DNA from: Psammoneis japonica
Lineage: Eukaryota
Assembly (NCBI GenBank): GCA_008632985.1
Contig: QPGO01000017.1
Coordinates: forward strand, 62,001 to 126,000
Direction: 5' to 3'
Length of the DNA stretch: 64,000 nt
Shown here: positions 37,301-48,557 of the stretch, piece by piece
Numbering within the stretch: position 1 is the first letter of the stretch
How the letters are laid out: every line of letters begins with the position of its first letter
The notes under the pieces: model-generated
Seen by the model: the letters and a program-made list of their open reading frames with translations, nothing else
Told to the model about the DNA's origin: nothing
Database searches by the model: none
Translations under genes and position numbers: made by a program

Positions 37301-40300
37301 ATGCTTGTGCTCCGCTGATATCGATTTTGTCCCCGCTGCTCACCGTACCACTGAACAGAGTGTCATTGGTGGGACTTGCGTCGGAGCAGCTAATGTGGAC
37401 AGTTTCATCTCCGGCAGGAGGCGTTGCGTTTTTCTCAAGATACACATCCCTGCATTCACAATTTGCACCTTGTGAATGTGTCGAGTTTTCACAAGGTCTC
37501 CAGCTGTACGTAAACGTCAGATTGGAGTATCCTCTGCATTGACAATCCGGATGTGGAATTTCCCCGCATTGGGTGCCGTTGTTATCTACGCACTCCAACA
37601 ATTCAACCTGTGTGGCCGCGTTTCGGGAGCAGAACATACATTAATGAGCTGGGTACAATACCATGGCACATGCAGTAAAACAAGAAACGTTGCAAAGCTT
37701 ACTTCTAGGTCGCAAACATCTTGTGTTGGCGCCGTTGATGGTGACTGACTAGGAGAGGGACTCTTACTTGGAGCCGTGCTAGGCGATAAGCTTGGGGCCG
37801 GGCTTACGCTTGGGGATGCACTGGGAGATTCGCTGGGAGCAGGACTCACACTTGGTGGCGGCGTCGTATCCGTTGGCAAGTTGCTTGGGGCGGGGCTTGC
37901 ACTGGGCTGTTCACTCGGCGAGTTACTTGGCGCCGGACTATTACTTGGAGATACACTGGGAGTCTCACTCGGTGTAGGACTACGACTTGGTGGTGGAGTC
38001 GTGTGAGTTGGTTCGTTGCTCGGAGCCGGGCTAGCTGATGGTTCTTGACTTGGAGTTGAGCTTGGTGCTGGACTTTTGCTGGGAGAGTCGCTTGGTGCCG
38101 AGCTGGGGGCAGGGCTTGTACTCGGTGTTCTACTCGGAGCTTTACTTGGAGCAGGACTGCTTGATGGAGCACTCGTTGGAGGAGCTGGGGGTATACGTGG
38201 CATAACTGTCGGTGTAGTACTAGGAGCTGGACTGCTGCTTGGTTTTGCTGATGGCATGTCACTGGGTGCAGGGCTGCTACTGGGTTCTACCGAAGGCGAT
38301 GCGCTTGGCGCTGGACTGCCACTCGGGGAACTACTCGGAGACTTACTCGGTGCTGGGCTGCTACTCGGTGGAGTAGTGGAGTGTGATGGACTACCACTGG
38401 GGGCCAGACTTGCACTTGGTAGCTCAGAGGGCGTGGTACTTGGTACTGGACTCGCACTTGGCGATTGTGAAGGTACTGGCGTTGGAGACGGTGTCGGTAT
38501 GGCATCTGTGACGATCACATATCCGTCTTCGGCCGTACACGTAAATTCATTAGAGACTGTTTCAGCTTCGAGTTCAGCGCTCACGATGTAATTTGCTTCA
38601 ATGCAAACATCAATTGTGTATGGAACTTCAATCGTGCGCATTTCACCAGCCACCATTTCCGTCGGATCAATCAAATCAAGAAAACTTGTGAGACTGGAAG
38701 AGCCGAGGGGGGCTTGCGTCACATTTTGCACCGCTTTGGTAACGTTCAGTGTTGTACTTCCGGCATTAGTTATGTCAATGACGGATTTCACCTGTTGAAG
38801 GCATTGTTTCGAGTCTCCTTGGCCATTGCTGCCGTTCTCCAGGACCAAGCTTCCAAACTCGTCTTTGAGCAAGAAGTTTTCACTGTTTGTCACGAACTTA
38901 ATCGTTTGATACACTACATCCTGATCCATGTCGCGGAATATGATGCACTCGACACTTTCGACAGTTCCATTCAACTCAAATATATCGCCACTGTCAACTG
39001 TGCTGTTATAGAGTGTCTCATTGCTCAAACCCTTACATGTTATGAAGACACTTTCGTTAGCAGCTGGAGGATCGACACCATTGAGATCATATACGTCGAT
39101 ACACTCGCTGGAATCCCCTTGAGAGTTTACAGCTTCAGCGCAGGACTTCCAATAATATGAAAATGTGAAGCTAGTGTATCCGCTGACCTGGGGGTCTGGG
39201 TGCTCAATGTCAGAGCACGCAGTACTTCCGTCATCGCTGAGACATTCCATTTCAACCTGTAACAATGACAACAAGCGAGAGACACGCGTCAGCCTTTGCA
39301 AAATTTCACATTTTATGCTAACAGTTTTTGAATATACTTACATCAAGTGTGCAGTTGATTGGCTGAGATGGAGCTGTACTTGGATAAGAGCTTGGCGCTG
39401 GGCTACTACTGGGAGTCGTACTGGGTGTGCCGCTTGGTACAGGACTACGACTTGGTGGTGGTGTCGTGTGAGTTGGTTCGTTGCTCGGAGCCGGGCTAGC
39501 TGATGGTTCTTGACTCGGTAACGAGCTTGGAGCTGGACTGCTACTTGGAATGGCGCTAGGTGTCTGGCTGGGTGCAGGACTTGCGCTCGGCTCGGAACTT
39601 GGCGTTTCACTTGGAGCAGGACTGCTTGATGGAACACTAGTCGGAGGAGCAGGTGGAGCCAGAGGTAGCTCTGTTGGTGTTAACGATGGAAGTGACGTTG
39701 GCAAAGGCGTCGGGTCTGGCGTAGGTGGTCCTGTTGGCTCCGGAGTTGGTCGCGCCGTCGGAACGGGAGTAGGAGGAGATGACGGTGGCAAAGTAGGAAG
39801 AGGCGACGGAGGCAGGGTAGGTGGGCCACTCGGCTCTGGAGTAGGCAAAGGTGTCGGGTTTGGTGTAGGATTAGGTGTAGGTGGTCCTGTAGGCTCCGGA
39901 GTTGGCCGCACTGTCGGAACGGGTGTAGGAGGAGTTGACGGCGGTGGAGTGGGGGGGGCACTTGGTTGTGGAGTAGGCAGAGGCGTCGGGTTTGGTGTAG
40001 GATTAGGTGTAGGTGGTCCTGTTGGCTCTGGAGTGGGCCGCACCGTCGGAACGGGTGTAGGAGGAGTTGACGGAGGCGGGGTAGGTGGGCCACTCGGTTC
40101 TGGAGTAGGCAAAGGTGTCGGGTTTGGTGTAGGATTTGGAGTAGGTGGTCCTGTTGGCTCCGGAGTTGGCCGCACCGTCGGAACGGGTGTAGGAGGAGTT
40201 GACGGCGGTGGAGTAGGTGGGCCACTCGGTTGTGGAGTAGGAGGAGGTGTCGGGTTTGGTGTAGGATTAGGTGTAGGTGGTCCTGTTGGCTCTGGAGTGG

Positions 40301-41999
40301 GCCGCACCGTCGGAACGGGTGTAGGAGGAGTTGACGGAGGCGGGGTAGGTGGGCCACTCGGTTCTGGAGTAGGCAAAGGTGTCGGGTTTGGTGTAGGATT
40401 AGGTGTAGGTGGTCCTGTAGGCTCCGGAGTTGGCCGCACTGTCGGAACGGGTGTAGGAGGAGTTGACGGCGGTGGAGTGGGGGGGGCACTTGGTTGTGGA
40501 GTAGGCAGAGGCGTCGGGTTTGGTGTAGGATTAGGTGTAGGTGGTCCTGTTGGCTCCGGAGTCGGCCGCACCGTCGGAACGGGTGTAGGAGGAGTTGAGG
40601 GTGGTGGGCTGGGTGGGGCACTTGGCTCTGGAGTAGGTAAAGGTGTCGGATTTGGTGTAGGATTAGGTGTAGGTGGTCCTGTTGGCTCCGGAGTGGGCCG
40701 CACCGTCGGAACGGGTGAAGGAGGAGGTGACGGTGGCGGGGTAGGAAGAGGAGTTGGAGCCGGTGTAGGCGGTGTCACCGGTGGCAATTCTGGTATTTCT
40801 GTTGGGGCAGATGAAGGTGGAGGGGTCGGTGGCATTGTTGGCGACGGCGTGGGAGGCGGAGTAGGTTGAGCTACTGGCGGAAGACCTGGAACTGCTGTTG
40901 GTGCCGACGTTGACGGTGGTGGTGTAGGGTTGGGTGTCGGTGAAGGTGTAGGCTCGCAACGTGATGGTGGAGGGAAAGGCCTTGAAGGTGGAGGAAACGG
41001 CTTGCCAGGTATAAACTTTGGTGGTCTAAACTTTGCTGGTCTCTTTTTCTTGCCATTGCCACCAAACTTTGCTTTTCGACCTTTCTTGCCCTTCTTCCGG
41101 ACTTTCTTCCCTCCCCTTTTCTTGAATCCTTTTCTAGCATCAAACAGACCTTTTCGAGGGCCTTTCTTCTTCTTCTTTTGGAATGGCATGGGCGCTGGAA
41201 AAACTGCGGGTTTCTTTCGAAGAGGCTTTTGGGGTGTTTCGACACACTCACAGCGAGGATGATCGCGGTGTAGAAACACGGCCACTTTGGCACCCTTCCA
41301 ACCGGACCCCTTTTGACCATACGTGCTTTTTCGTGAAGGGCACACGTAAACACCATGTGGAACTTCGTCACCTGGACATAGCCAAATAACGTTCTTGCAC
41401 CAGGACTTCTTCACTGGACTGAACTCATCCGGTTCATTGAAGGCCCTCTTAGAATCACGGGTGTCGAATCCGCTGGAATCTTCATCAAGTCTTCGCTTCC
41501 AACCATTACCTCGCTTTCTGAACACTTTCTTCTTCACAGGTCCAGGCTTACCCCATACTGGTCCTGGTGTACCCGGAATCGGACAAAAGCACTCAGCGGG
41601 CACGTTTGCTTGCGAGTACAAGCCAAGGTTGCGAGAATCGGAGGCGGGATGAGAAGCCTCCTGATCAACCTTTTCATTTTGCATTACGTGGGAAGAAGCT
41701 TCCGTCGATTCAGTCTGAAGGTTCGAATAAGACTCAGTAGAAGCACTTTCGGAACGACGCTCCGAGAATATGCTTCCGAGCATGCTTTGCCATTCAGTGT
41801 GCCCTACGGCGCCTGAAGTTTCGGTTTCTTCTAGTCCCGGAGTCTCGTCCATTTTCATGGGAGCTGTTCCAGTGCTATCTTCCGTGACTTTATGGAAGCT
41901 GAAACCTGATGGCCAACCACGCGCCTCGCCAACCGTGACGGTGCATCCGCTGAGAACCAGCAACAAACACAAACCAGTCGCAGCAGCACTGCAGCGCAT
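28321..41999 (-). CDS. Giant secreted mucin/extensin-like protein (~4,410 aa) with five Cys-containing globular modules separated by Pro/Ser/Thr repeats; exons 41999-39342, 39256-37703, 37607-35365, 35268-32848, 32751-29629, 29556-28321; 1-bp frameshift near 37304
   Basis: Signal peptide [26 protein letters not shown]. Five phase-0 GT-AG introns (72-96 nt) sit at the equivalent position CxL(D/E)|V(E/D). All exon lengths are multiples of 3 except exon 3 (2243 nt), which lacks one C present in the two sister copies (ATGCCTTG vs ATGCTTG). Confidence 0.85.
29629..38290. repeat. Three near-identical exon+intron modules in tandem (~2.3-3.2 kb each), plus a shared 3' part of exon 2
   Basis: The module [32 protein letters not shown]...FETDEKVTP recurs at 37607, 35268 and 32751 with nearly identical DNA, including the introns (37608-37702, 35269-35364, 32752-32847). 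Confidence 0.95.
39720..40740. repeat. 132-bp (44-aa) coding tandem repeat, Pro/Thr-rich, ~7-8 copies
   Basis: GCCGCA anchor recurs at 39905, 40037, 40169, 40301, 40433, 40565 and 40697. Encodes [27 protein letters not shown]... Confidence 0.9.
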
Positions 42000-42746
42000 C
42001 TTGCTTCCTTCCCTGGGAGGCATCGAGTGCATCTTGAAAGACGTACACACAAACGGTTCTTCAAAGGTTGCGAATCAATATTTCGGTTTCGCGGTGAGAA
42101 AAAATTGTGAGACTCTTAGTGGGTTTGGTGAGGCGAAAAAAGTGAGAGCAGATCGAATTTTGAAATCAAATTCCATTCACAAGACTCGAGAGTGTTTTCG
42201 TTTATCCATACTTTAGAGCTATCATTCAAGATCAAAATTTCAAAATAGAAATGAAACACTATGTATCTGAATATTATTACAATCTATGCTATCCAATATT
42301 TTTCAAATTTTTATTATTCGGAAATGGATGCTGGTAATTTCATAATAAGATTTTCATCTTGAGTAAAACGAAATAGTTCTATCCAGGTATCGTAGAACAG
42401 TGCGACAAAAATTCTCCGGGCCCGCAGAAGGCTCCTCGAGAGCAACTTTTGGTTTGCAGTATGGCCTACCGGTATTGTAAAATAGTACGTAAGGTTTTAG
42501 CCACAGAGAGAAGGATTGAGTCCATCAAAGCGCTCTACTAGAGCTAGAGAGAAGGCAAAGAAAAAATCGAAGAACATATCTCACTGTATGGAAGAAAAAG
42601 TTGGAACAAGAACTAGATGCTGGTGGTTGCGTCAACCATTAATACCATTTAAAACTAGAAGAGTTACAATTACGGGGTTGAAAAGTCAGATTTATTGAGA
42701 GACTTCGGATCAATCAAATGAAGTCATTATACTACAGAGTATCTTT

Positions 42747-44501
42747 CTAACAGTTTCTAGCGCAGAATTTGAGTCGAGCGAGTAGGACCATAAATGCCAA
42801 TGATCCACAGGATGCAATAGCACACACGGTTGTAATGACTGTCAAGTTTTTCCAGTCGTTTTCTCGAGATGTGCCCATGGCAGTGACAAGTGACATTGAC
42901 AACCAGGGACTAATTTGACCCCCGAAATCTATACAAGATATCAGGAACCCGTACTCCAACCCCGCATGATATCTCGTCGTCACATGTTCATTTTCGTCGG
43001 CTCGTCGATCATCTCTTGCAGAATGTAGTGGTTTTCTAGCCACAGTGTTGGTGGCAAGAATTACACTAGGTAAGAAGCCCCACTCTGTCGCAAGAGTTGC
43101 GACAAAATGAACAGCAATCGTCAATGGAACAATGTAAGAAGAATCTTGAAACTTGACAATTGCAATGTCGCCGAGAGAAGCCACCGAGACAAACACGGTT
43201 GTAGCACCAATAACCACAAGCAGCTGTCGCCCGACACTATGCCTTGCAAAGAAATGTCTGAACGACATTGAAGCAATTGTAATTGCTCCCGTAGACGCAA
43301 GAGACAAAATCTGCAGCATCATCGGGTCGGAACGAAAGAGCCAATACACAAATGATTCCATTGGGTAACTTGAGTTTGGAACTGAATGTTTCAATAGGAG
43401 GTAGAGTCCGACTCGATGGGAGTATCTCCAATTTAGTTTGAACAAAAGCCACAATAGAGCACTTAATAAGAGTGACAGGATGATTACCCAAGCTGTTGGT
43501 GTCGTGAGCTTGACCAATGGACTTCGCATCGCAAACACAACGACTGCCACCTGGAAAATCACTCCACACAGAATCTCGATTTCCTGAAAGTTTCGGTGAT
43601 TAGTAGCAATTCCAGTACTAGTTACTGTAGTACTACCACCTCCGATGGCCCCAACGTCTTGTCCTTGTAAATCACTGTCTGTGTCCTCCTCCCGGTTGTC
43701 GCAGTCCGGATAACTTGGGTGATTGAGAAACAAAGTTGTCGAGGACTGAGCATCGCCATTGATCGAATCTTGAGTCGGTCCGGTGTCCTTTTGTTGATGG
43801 AGCCCCACCTTATACCATACTGAAACTACAGCACCGGCCGCTGCCATAACTCCAGCAGCCACCAGTAACACCACCACAACCGAGTCGTTGAGTTCGGTAT
43901 CATTCTTGAGAACCAAATGTCGATATGCAAAGAGCACAAACGCAATCAAATTTGCCACCAAGGAACCAAGATTGCGAGCGGTTGCTGCTTCTGATTGAAA
44001 CTCAGCAGCAGCCTGCTCAAACGGCTCTTGCTGTGCTGCTTGATCAACAAGCTCGAGTCCCAGAAGAAATTCTGGCCAGGCTGAAGTGACTCCTCTCGCA
44101 AAAGCCATCAAAAAGCAACACACGACGTCTCCTTTTGGAACAAGCGCAGTGGAGGCAATGGAGATTCCACTTAAAGTTAATAGAACTGGTAAAAGTGCCT
44201 CACGACGAAACCATTGGCTGCAAAAAGCGTAAAACGGCTTGAGCGAACATGGGACGAAGGATGTTGCGATATAGACACCGAGAAGGTTCAGCGGCACCGA
44301 AGCTCGGGTATTAACAATGTATAGTAGAGCTGTAGACGGAAGAGAAAGGGTCGCTCCATTCATAGCGAATAAAAGTCGCAGCGATAGCGGCAACGACAAG
44401 GGCTCGGTACTTTCGACGACGGCAGGCAATTGCTGCAAGAGGGGTGTCGTTTGATCATCATCACTTTCTCTATCCTCTGTTTCTTGGAGGAGGTCGTTCA
44501 T
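42747..44501 (-). CDS. Multi-pass membrane transporter, BT1 (folate/biopterin)/MFS-like, 584 aa
   Basis: About 12-14 hydrophobic segments with a central hydrophilic loop. VPCSLKPFYAFCSQ resembles the BT1 PWxxKPxxGxxSD motif, and GLEYGFLISCIDFGGQIS lies near the C-terminus. Confidence 0.65.
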   Translation of the reverse strand: MNDLLQETEDRESDDDQTTPLLQQLPAVVESTEPLSLPLSLRLLFAMNGATLSLPSTALLYIVNTRASVPLNLLGVYIATSFVPCSLKPFYAFCSQWFRREALLPVLLTLSGISIASTALVPKGDVVCCFLMAFARGVTSAWPEFLLGLELVDQAAQQEPFEQAAAEFQSEAATARNLGSLVANLIAFVLFAYRHLVLKNDTELNDSVVVVLLVAAGVMAAAGAVVSVWYKVGLHQQKDTGPTQDSINGDAQSSTTLFLNHPSYPDCDNREEDTDSDLQGQDVGAIGGGSTTVTSTGIATNHRNFQEIEILCGVIFQVAVVVFAMRSPLVKLTTPTAWVIILSLLLSALLWLLFKLNWRYSHRVGLYLLLKHSVPNSSYPMESFVYWLFRSDPMMLQILSLASTGAITIASMSFRHFFARHSVGRQLLVVIGATTVFVSVASLGDIAIVKFQDSSYIVPLTIAVHFVATLATEWGFLPSVILATNTVARKPLHSARDDRRADENEHVTTRYHAGLEYGFLISCIDFGGQISPWLSMSLVTAMGTSRENDWKNLTVITTVCAIASCGSLAFMVLLARLKFCARNC

Positions 44502-46505
44502 CTCCTTCCTTCAGCTACCACGAGAGCCTCTATACACCATGCTCCGCCTCCTAATATTGCCCCAACCTCACAATTCGTTGCACAGTCAGCAGTCAGCTCT
44601 CAGTTCCTTCGTCCATACAAGTACATACCATCTTCATCTTGATACTGTAGCCTGCTGTTTTCCTGTTTTGGCTTTTCAGGACTAGCGACGGAGCGAGCGA
44701 CGGACGGACCGGACTTCGAATCCTGCTTTCGTCTGTGCGGCGTTCACCATCCGTCCTCATGCCGCCATCAGCGGCCAGCGGCGCAATGGACCAGGGACTG
44801 GCGGCGGATTTTCGCAAAGCCCGTGTCGCAAGGTTGCACCCTTACGACTTACGACCATGACAAAGAAGTTGCGTAGTGGGTCAACGGGATCTTCGTCAGT
44901 ACAAAGATTGGTCTCATGGGGAAGTCATGCTTTATCTTTACTCAAAGTGGTTGGATCTGGCTCGCGATGACAGATGACAAGGTGGCAGAAACTGTATCTG
45001 TTGGGGAGTCAAGCGAGAAGCTTCGGCATGGTGTTCGAACCAATAAATCAAAATGCACAGAGGCACTGCGATGTGAGTAGTTTGTAGAGCAGGAAATCCT
45101 ATGATTGAAAGTGTCAATGCTACATTGATTGGCTCAGGACTCAGGAGGAGTGACGTTCAAAATGGACGGGCTTTTTGCAGCACAACTCTAACTTGCACGT
45201 ACTCTCAGACCGCCCCCTTCAAATGGGTTTGGCGTCGGTTCCGCATTATCGAGTTAGACACCTCCTCCATGTTAAGAGCAACTGGATTTCTCCCTGACTG
45301 GGCCACTACGCTTGCAAAACCGACAACCGACAGAGAGCTGCGCTTTTGGATGCGCTCAAACAAGCAAATCCGTGGGACCTACAGGTGCACCACAATATCA
45401 GATCAGCAGACGCTGAAACAATCGAAGTCAACGGCTGACCTCCAATGATTGTCATGATTTTGTTCAACTCGTTTCTACTGTCGTCCCCGCTGTTTCCTTG
45501 TTGATTTCCTTCAACAGCGGTGGGGCGGGTGCAAGTGAGAACCATGTTCACTGTCACGTGTGACTGTCTCCTCCATTCCGCTTTTGTCGACGGAGACTGT
45601 TGTTGATGGTTGGAACTATTATGCTATTTCCAAGGTGGCCGAGATGCACGAATAGTTTTCTTTATATCATTTAGCAGTACGCATTTCATTTCTCAACTAC
45701 CGGCATACAATTTTGGATAAGATTGGAGATGCACCGCACAATGCCCAAGGAGTCCATGTCTACGTTTTCTGTCGACGCGCTGAACGATCATTGCGACTGG
45801 CTCCAACGCTCAAACTGGGTTCCAGCGAAATCATGAGAGTCTTTGATGCACAGACTTTGGATGAAATTCAGAAACTAGGCATTGCGAGACGTGTCCTGCA
45901 AGTCGCAGGAAGCCATGTGGAACATAATAATGGCAAACGTACTAAAGAACAGATAGCTGATGTGCGTTATTTCAGTAGTTGTTGTACCACCTTCACAGCG
46001 TGCGTCTTCGAGTTCTTCGTCTGCCGTACAAGTATAGAATTATTGGGAATAACCTTTCGAGTCCTAAAGCGATAGAGTGATCTCATCTCAACCACATGGC
46101 GCGTGATATGGACGGAATATTGGGGCACCATAGCAAGACACTGCGTATGCTCTTGTTCTTCAATCCGCGAGTACTGAATTTTGTATGGTCGTTTCCTCAG
46201 TTTGTTCGATTTTGCACCCAAGCCCAGACATCGATATTGCCATGTTTAAATGAAGAGACGGGTCTTATGGAAGCATCAGTACCGCCCAGCTCTTGAACCA
46301 AATCAGGGAAGCTGCAGTCTCGACACAGTCCCACGCTATATAATTCCAAACCGATCGAGGCCGAAGGATTCGCTGGACTATCATCATCGTTAAACCACAC
46401 AAGAATGGGAGAATACTGTATTATCTTGGCCATCCGGAAGGGACTGTAACGGACTCAATCCATGCACAAGAGCGCGATGGGTCGGAACAAAGGTTTACGG
46501 AGAAA

Positions 46506-47832
46506 TCATGGCCACTGGTGATTGGGATACAGAGCTGTTCCATCCTCCAAATCCTCGTATACCTTGACCGCCTTCTGATACAACATCTGCTCTTCTTCTT
46601 GCATGACTTGATTATCTGTCAACACATCTGAAAGGTACTCTGTACTGTTGTTATGTACGAGCATAAAGTCAACAAATCCTTTTATCGCCCCGGCATTGAC
46701 GTTCATTCGAGGCAATCCGCAGGTTTCCGATAACTGCATTTGGATCCTTGTCATTTCAGAAACAGGGTCTTCTAGAAGCGTCCTGTGGCTGAGAAGTAAA
46801 CAGAACATGCCAATTGGTATCTTTACGACTAGATTCAACATCGCAACGACGCAAAACGTACCTCGACATTACTCGGCACAAGTGTCTGGAATGGCGAACC
46901 GCTAGTTTGTTGTACGAGATCCAGAGTTTGAATCCATGGGCTCTACTTATATTTTCTCGCTTTTTCAGTGACTCTGCCACCTCCCACGGGTGTCTAAAAG
47001 TGAAAATGACAGCAGGAGTACCCTCGAGTACCTTGAGCCAATTGGGAAGAGTAAAGCAAAGCCGCGGATCCTTTAAAACCCAAGGTCTGTTTCGTGCCAT
47101 GTTGTAATGGAGAAGGGCTTTATTCAAGTGCTGTCGTGTTTCCAAGGGACAAGCTTGTGGTGGAAGACACGATTTTGTCACGTCGAAGGCGTCTGGGGAA
47201 CTATCCCATGAAACGTGCTGTTGTTGTAGCCACGCGTCATTTTGCATGACAACGTTGATATTCTCAAAATACCCACTGGGGTTGGAAGCATCCCGCTCGA
47301 GTTGGGATCCTGGACATTTAAAAGACATGCCCTTGACCAGCAAACCAGCCAAGAGAGACGATCCAGAACGGTGCATGCTCAAAACAACCACGCCGGGGAC
47401 CATGTCATGTTTGGATGCTGACTTTGTATTGTTGTAGGACGTGAATTCAAAGGCGTCTGACAATTTCTTTTCAGCCTGAACAACTCTGGAAGATGTAGAA
47501 GCCATATTATTCGTGCTAGACTTCATCGAAAGTACTGTTTGTTCCTTTTGTATGTCGATGGGCGACTGACAAAGTACAGGAAAGAATTACAAGTGATGAG
47601 ATGTAAGGAATGAGGCGACAGAATCTCTCGTTCAGCGACATGGTAAACTTCATGAAAAAAAAAAAGAGTATACACTCACCTTAATGAATCTCGGTACAAT
47701 CCAAATCAAAGCAAGGTAATTACCAAGGGCAACACTCCAGAGAAACAGAATCAAAACTACGCCGATCCAACACTTCTTACTTGCTGGTTTGGGTTGACGT
47801 CGAAGTCGGTCTATTCTTTCACGTTGTCTCAT
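46506..47832 (-). CDS. Type II membrane (Golgi-type) sulfotransferase-family protein; join(47832..47680,47565..46862,46788..46506), 379 aa
   Basis: N-terminal basic tail plus TM helix. PAPS-binding loop VVLSMHRSGSSLLAGLL; NPSGYFEN, WVLKDPRLCFTLPNW, FRHPWEVAESL. Introns 47566-47679 and 46789-46861 are GT-AG and restore the frame. Confidence 0.85.
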
Positions 47833-48096
47833 GGTATGACGTTAGTGTTCTGGAATATGGCAACAACGGTTCAAGAAAGGGCATTGCGTTGCCTTAGACT
47901 AGAGATGTACTCCGCTTTCTGTGGATAAGGACGAGCGGCCGACTTGGACTCGTCATGGCAGAGGATACAGTGTAGTGATTGCTAAAAAGATAAGGCTAAC
48001 CTTATTTTTTTCGAGCTAGCGTGCGAGGGAGCACGCACGATGGGAAACCATACCGTCCGTCCTTCTCCTGCGTCATGACGTCATTGGACCAGGAAT

Positions 48097-48146
48097 AGGA
48101 ACCCGGATCCAACATTTTTTCGAAAAAATGTTGGATCCGGGTTCCT
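48097..48146. repeat. Perfect 50-bp palindrome; a second copy at 48198-48238 continues at 54942-54949, split by the transposon
   Basis: AGGAACCCGGATCCAACATTTTTT-CG-AAAAAATGTTGGATCCGGGTTCCT is its own reverse complement. Confidence 0.95.
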
Positions 48147-48557
48147 GAGTCATAAGTAGAATTGTATATATTTTTTATACACTTGATTTTTTAGGTAAGG
48201 AACCCGGATCCAACATTTTTTTGAAAAAATGTTGGATCTGTTACGACGATTCTGCAGAATCTGAGATTCTGCTGAATCCTGGCATGGAATCTTGTGAAAA
48301 TGAATTCTGTGGAATCAGACCTCGTGCCCATGTTTTGATTCTTGTGAATGATGGATTTTGAAGAATCCGTCTTGCCCACTCACCAGAATTCCTGTTTCTT
48401 GCAGTTGCCGGATTCTGAAGAATTTTGGCTGCTGGCTCAAGACGTGGCACCCTTGTCTCTCAGCCTCTGTTGCTCTTTTGCAGCACCTTTCTTGTTGTGA
48501 TTCTGTTGAGTTTCTTGGTCAAGAGGAGAGTCTCTTTGTGTTGCTTTTGCTGCCATC

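Noticed and set aside
39720..40740. Regular repeats as a CRISPR-like array
   Set aside because: In-frame coding tandem repeats with no unique spacers and no cas genes; eukaryotic context.
30042..40869. Gly/Leu/Val-rich + strand ORFs (e.g. 39550-40869) and Gln/Arg/His-rich alternative-frame ORFs
   Set aside because: They are antisense or shifted-frame shadows of the Pro/Ser/Thr repeats.
44900..46440. Short ORFs between the transporter and the sulfotransferase (45713-46075 +, 45967-46433 -)
   Set aside because: Normal composition, but I found no recognisable motif or consistent splice model. It may hide a small gene or pseudogene that I cannot support.
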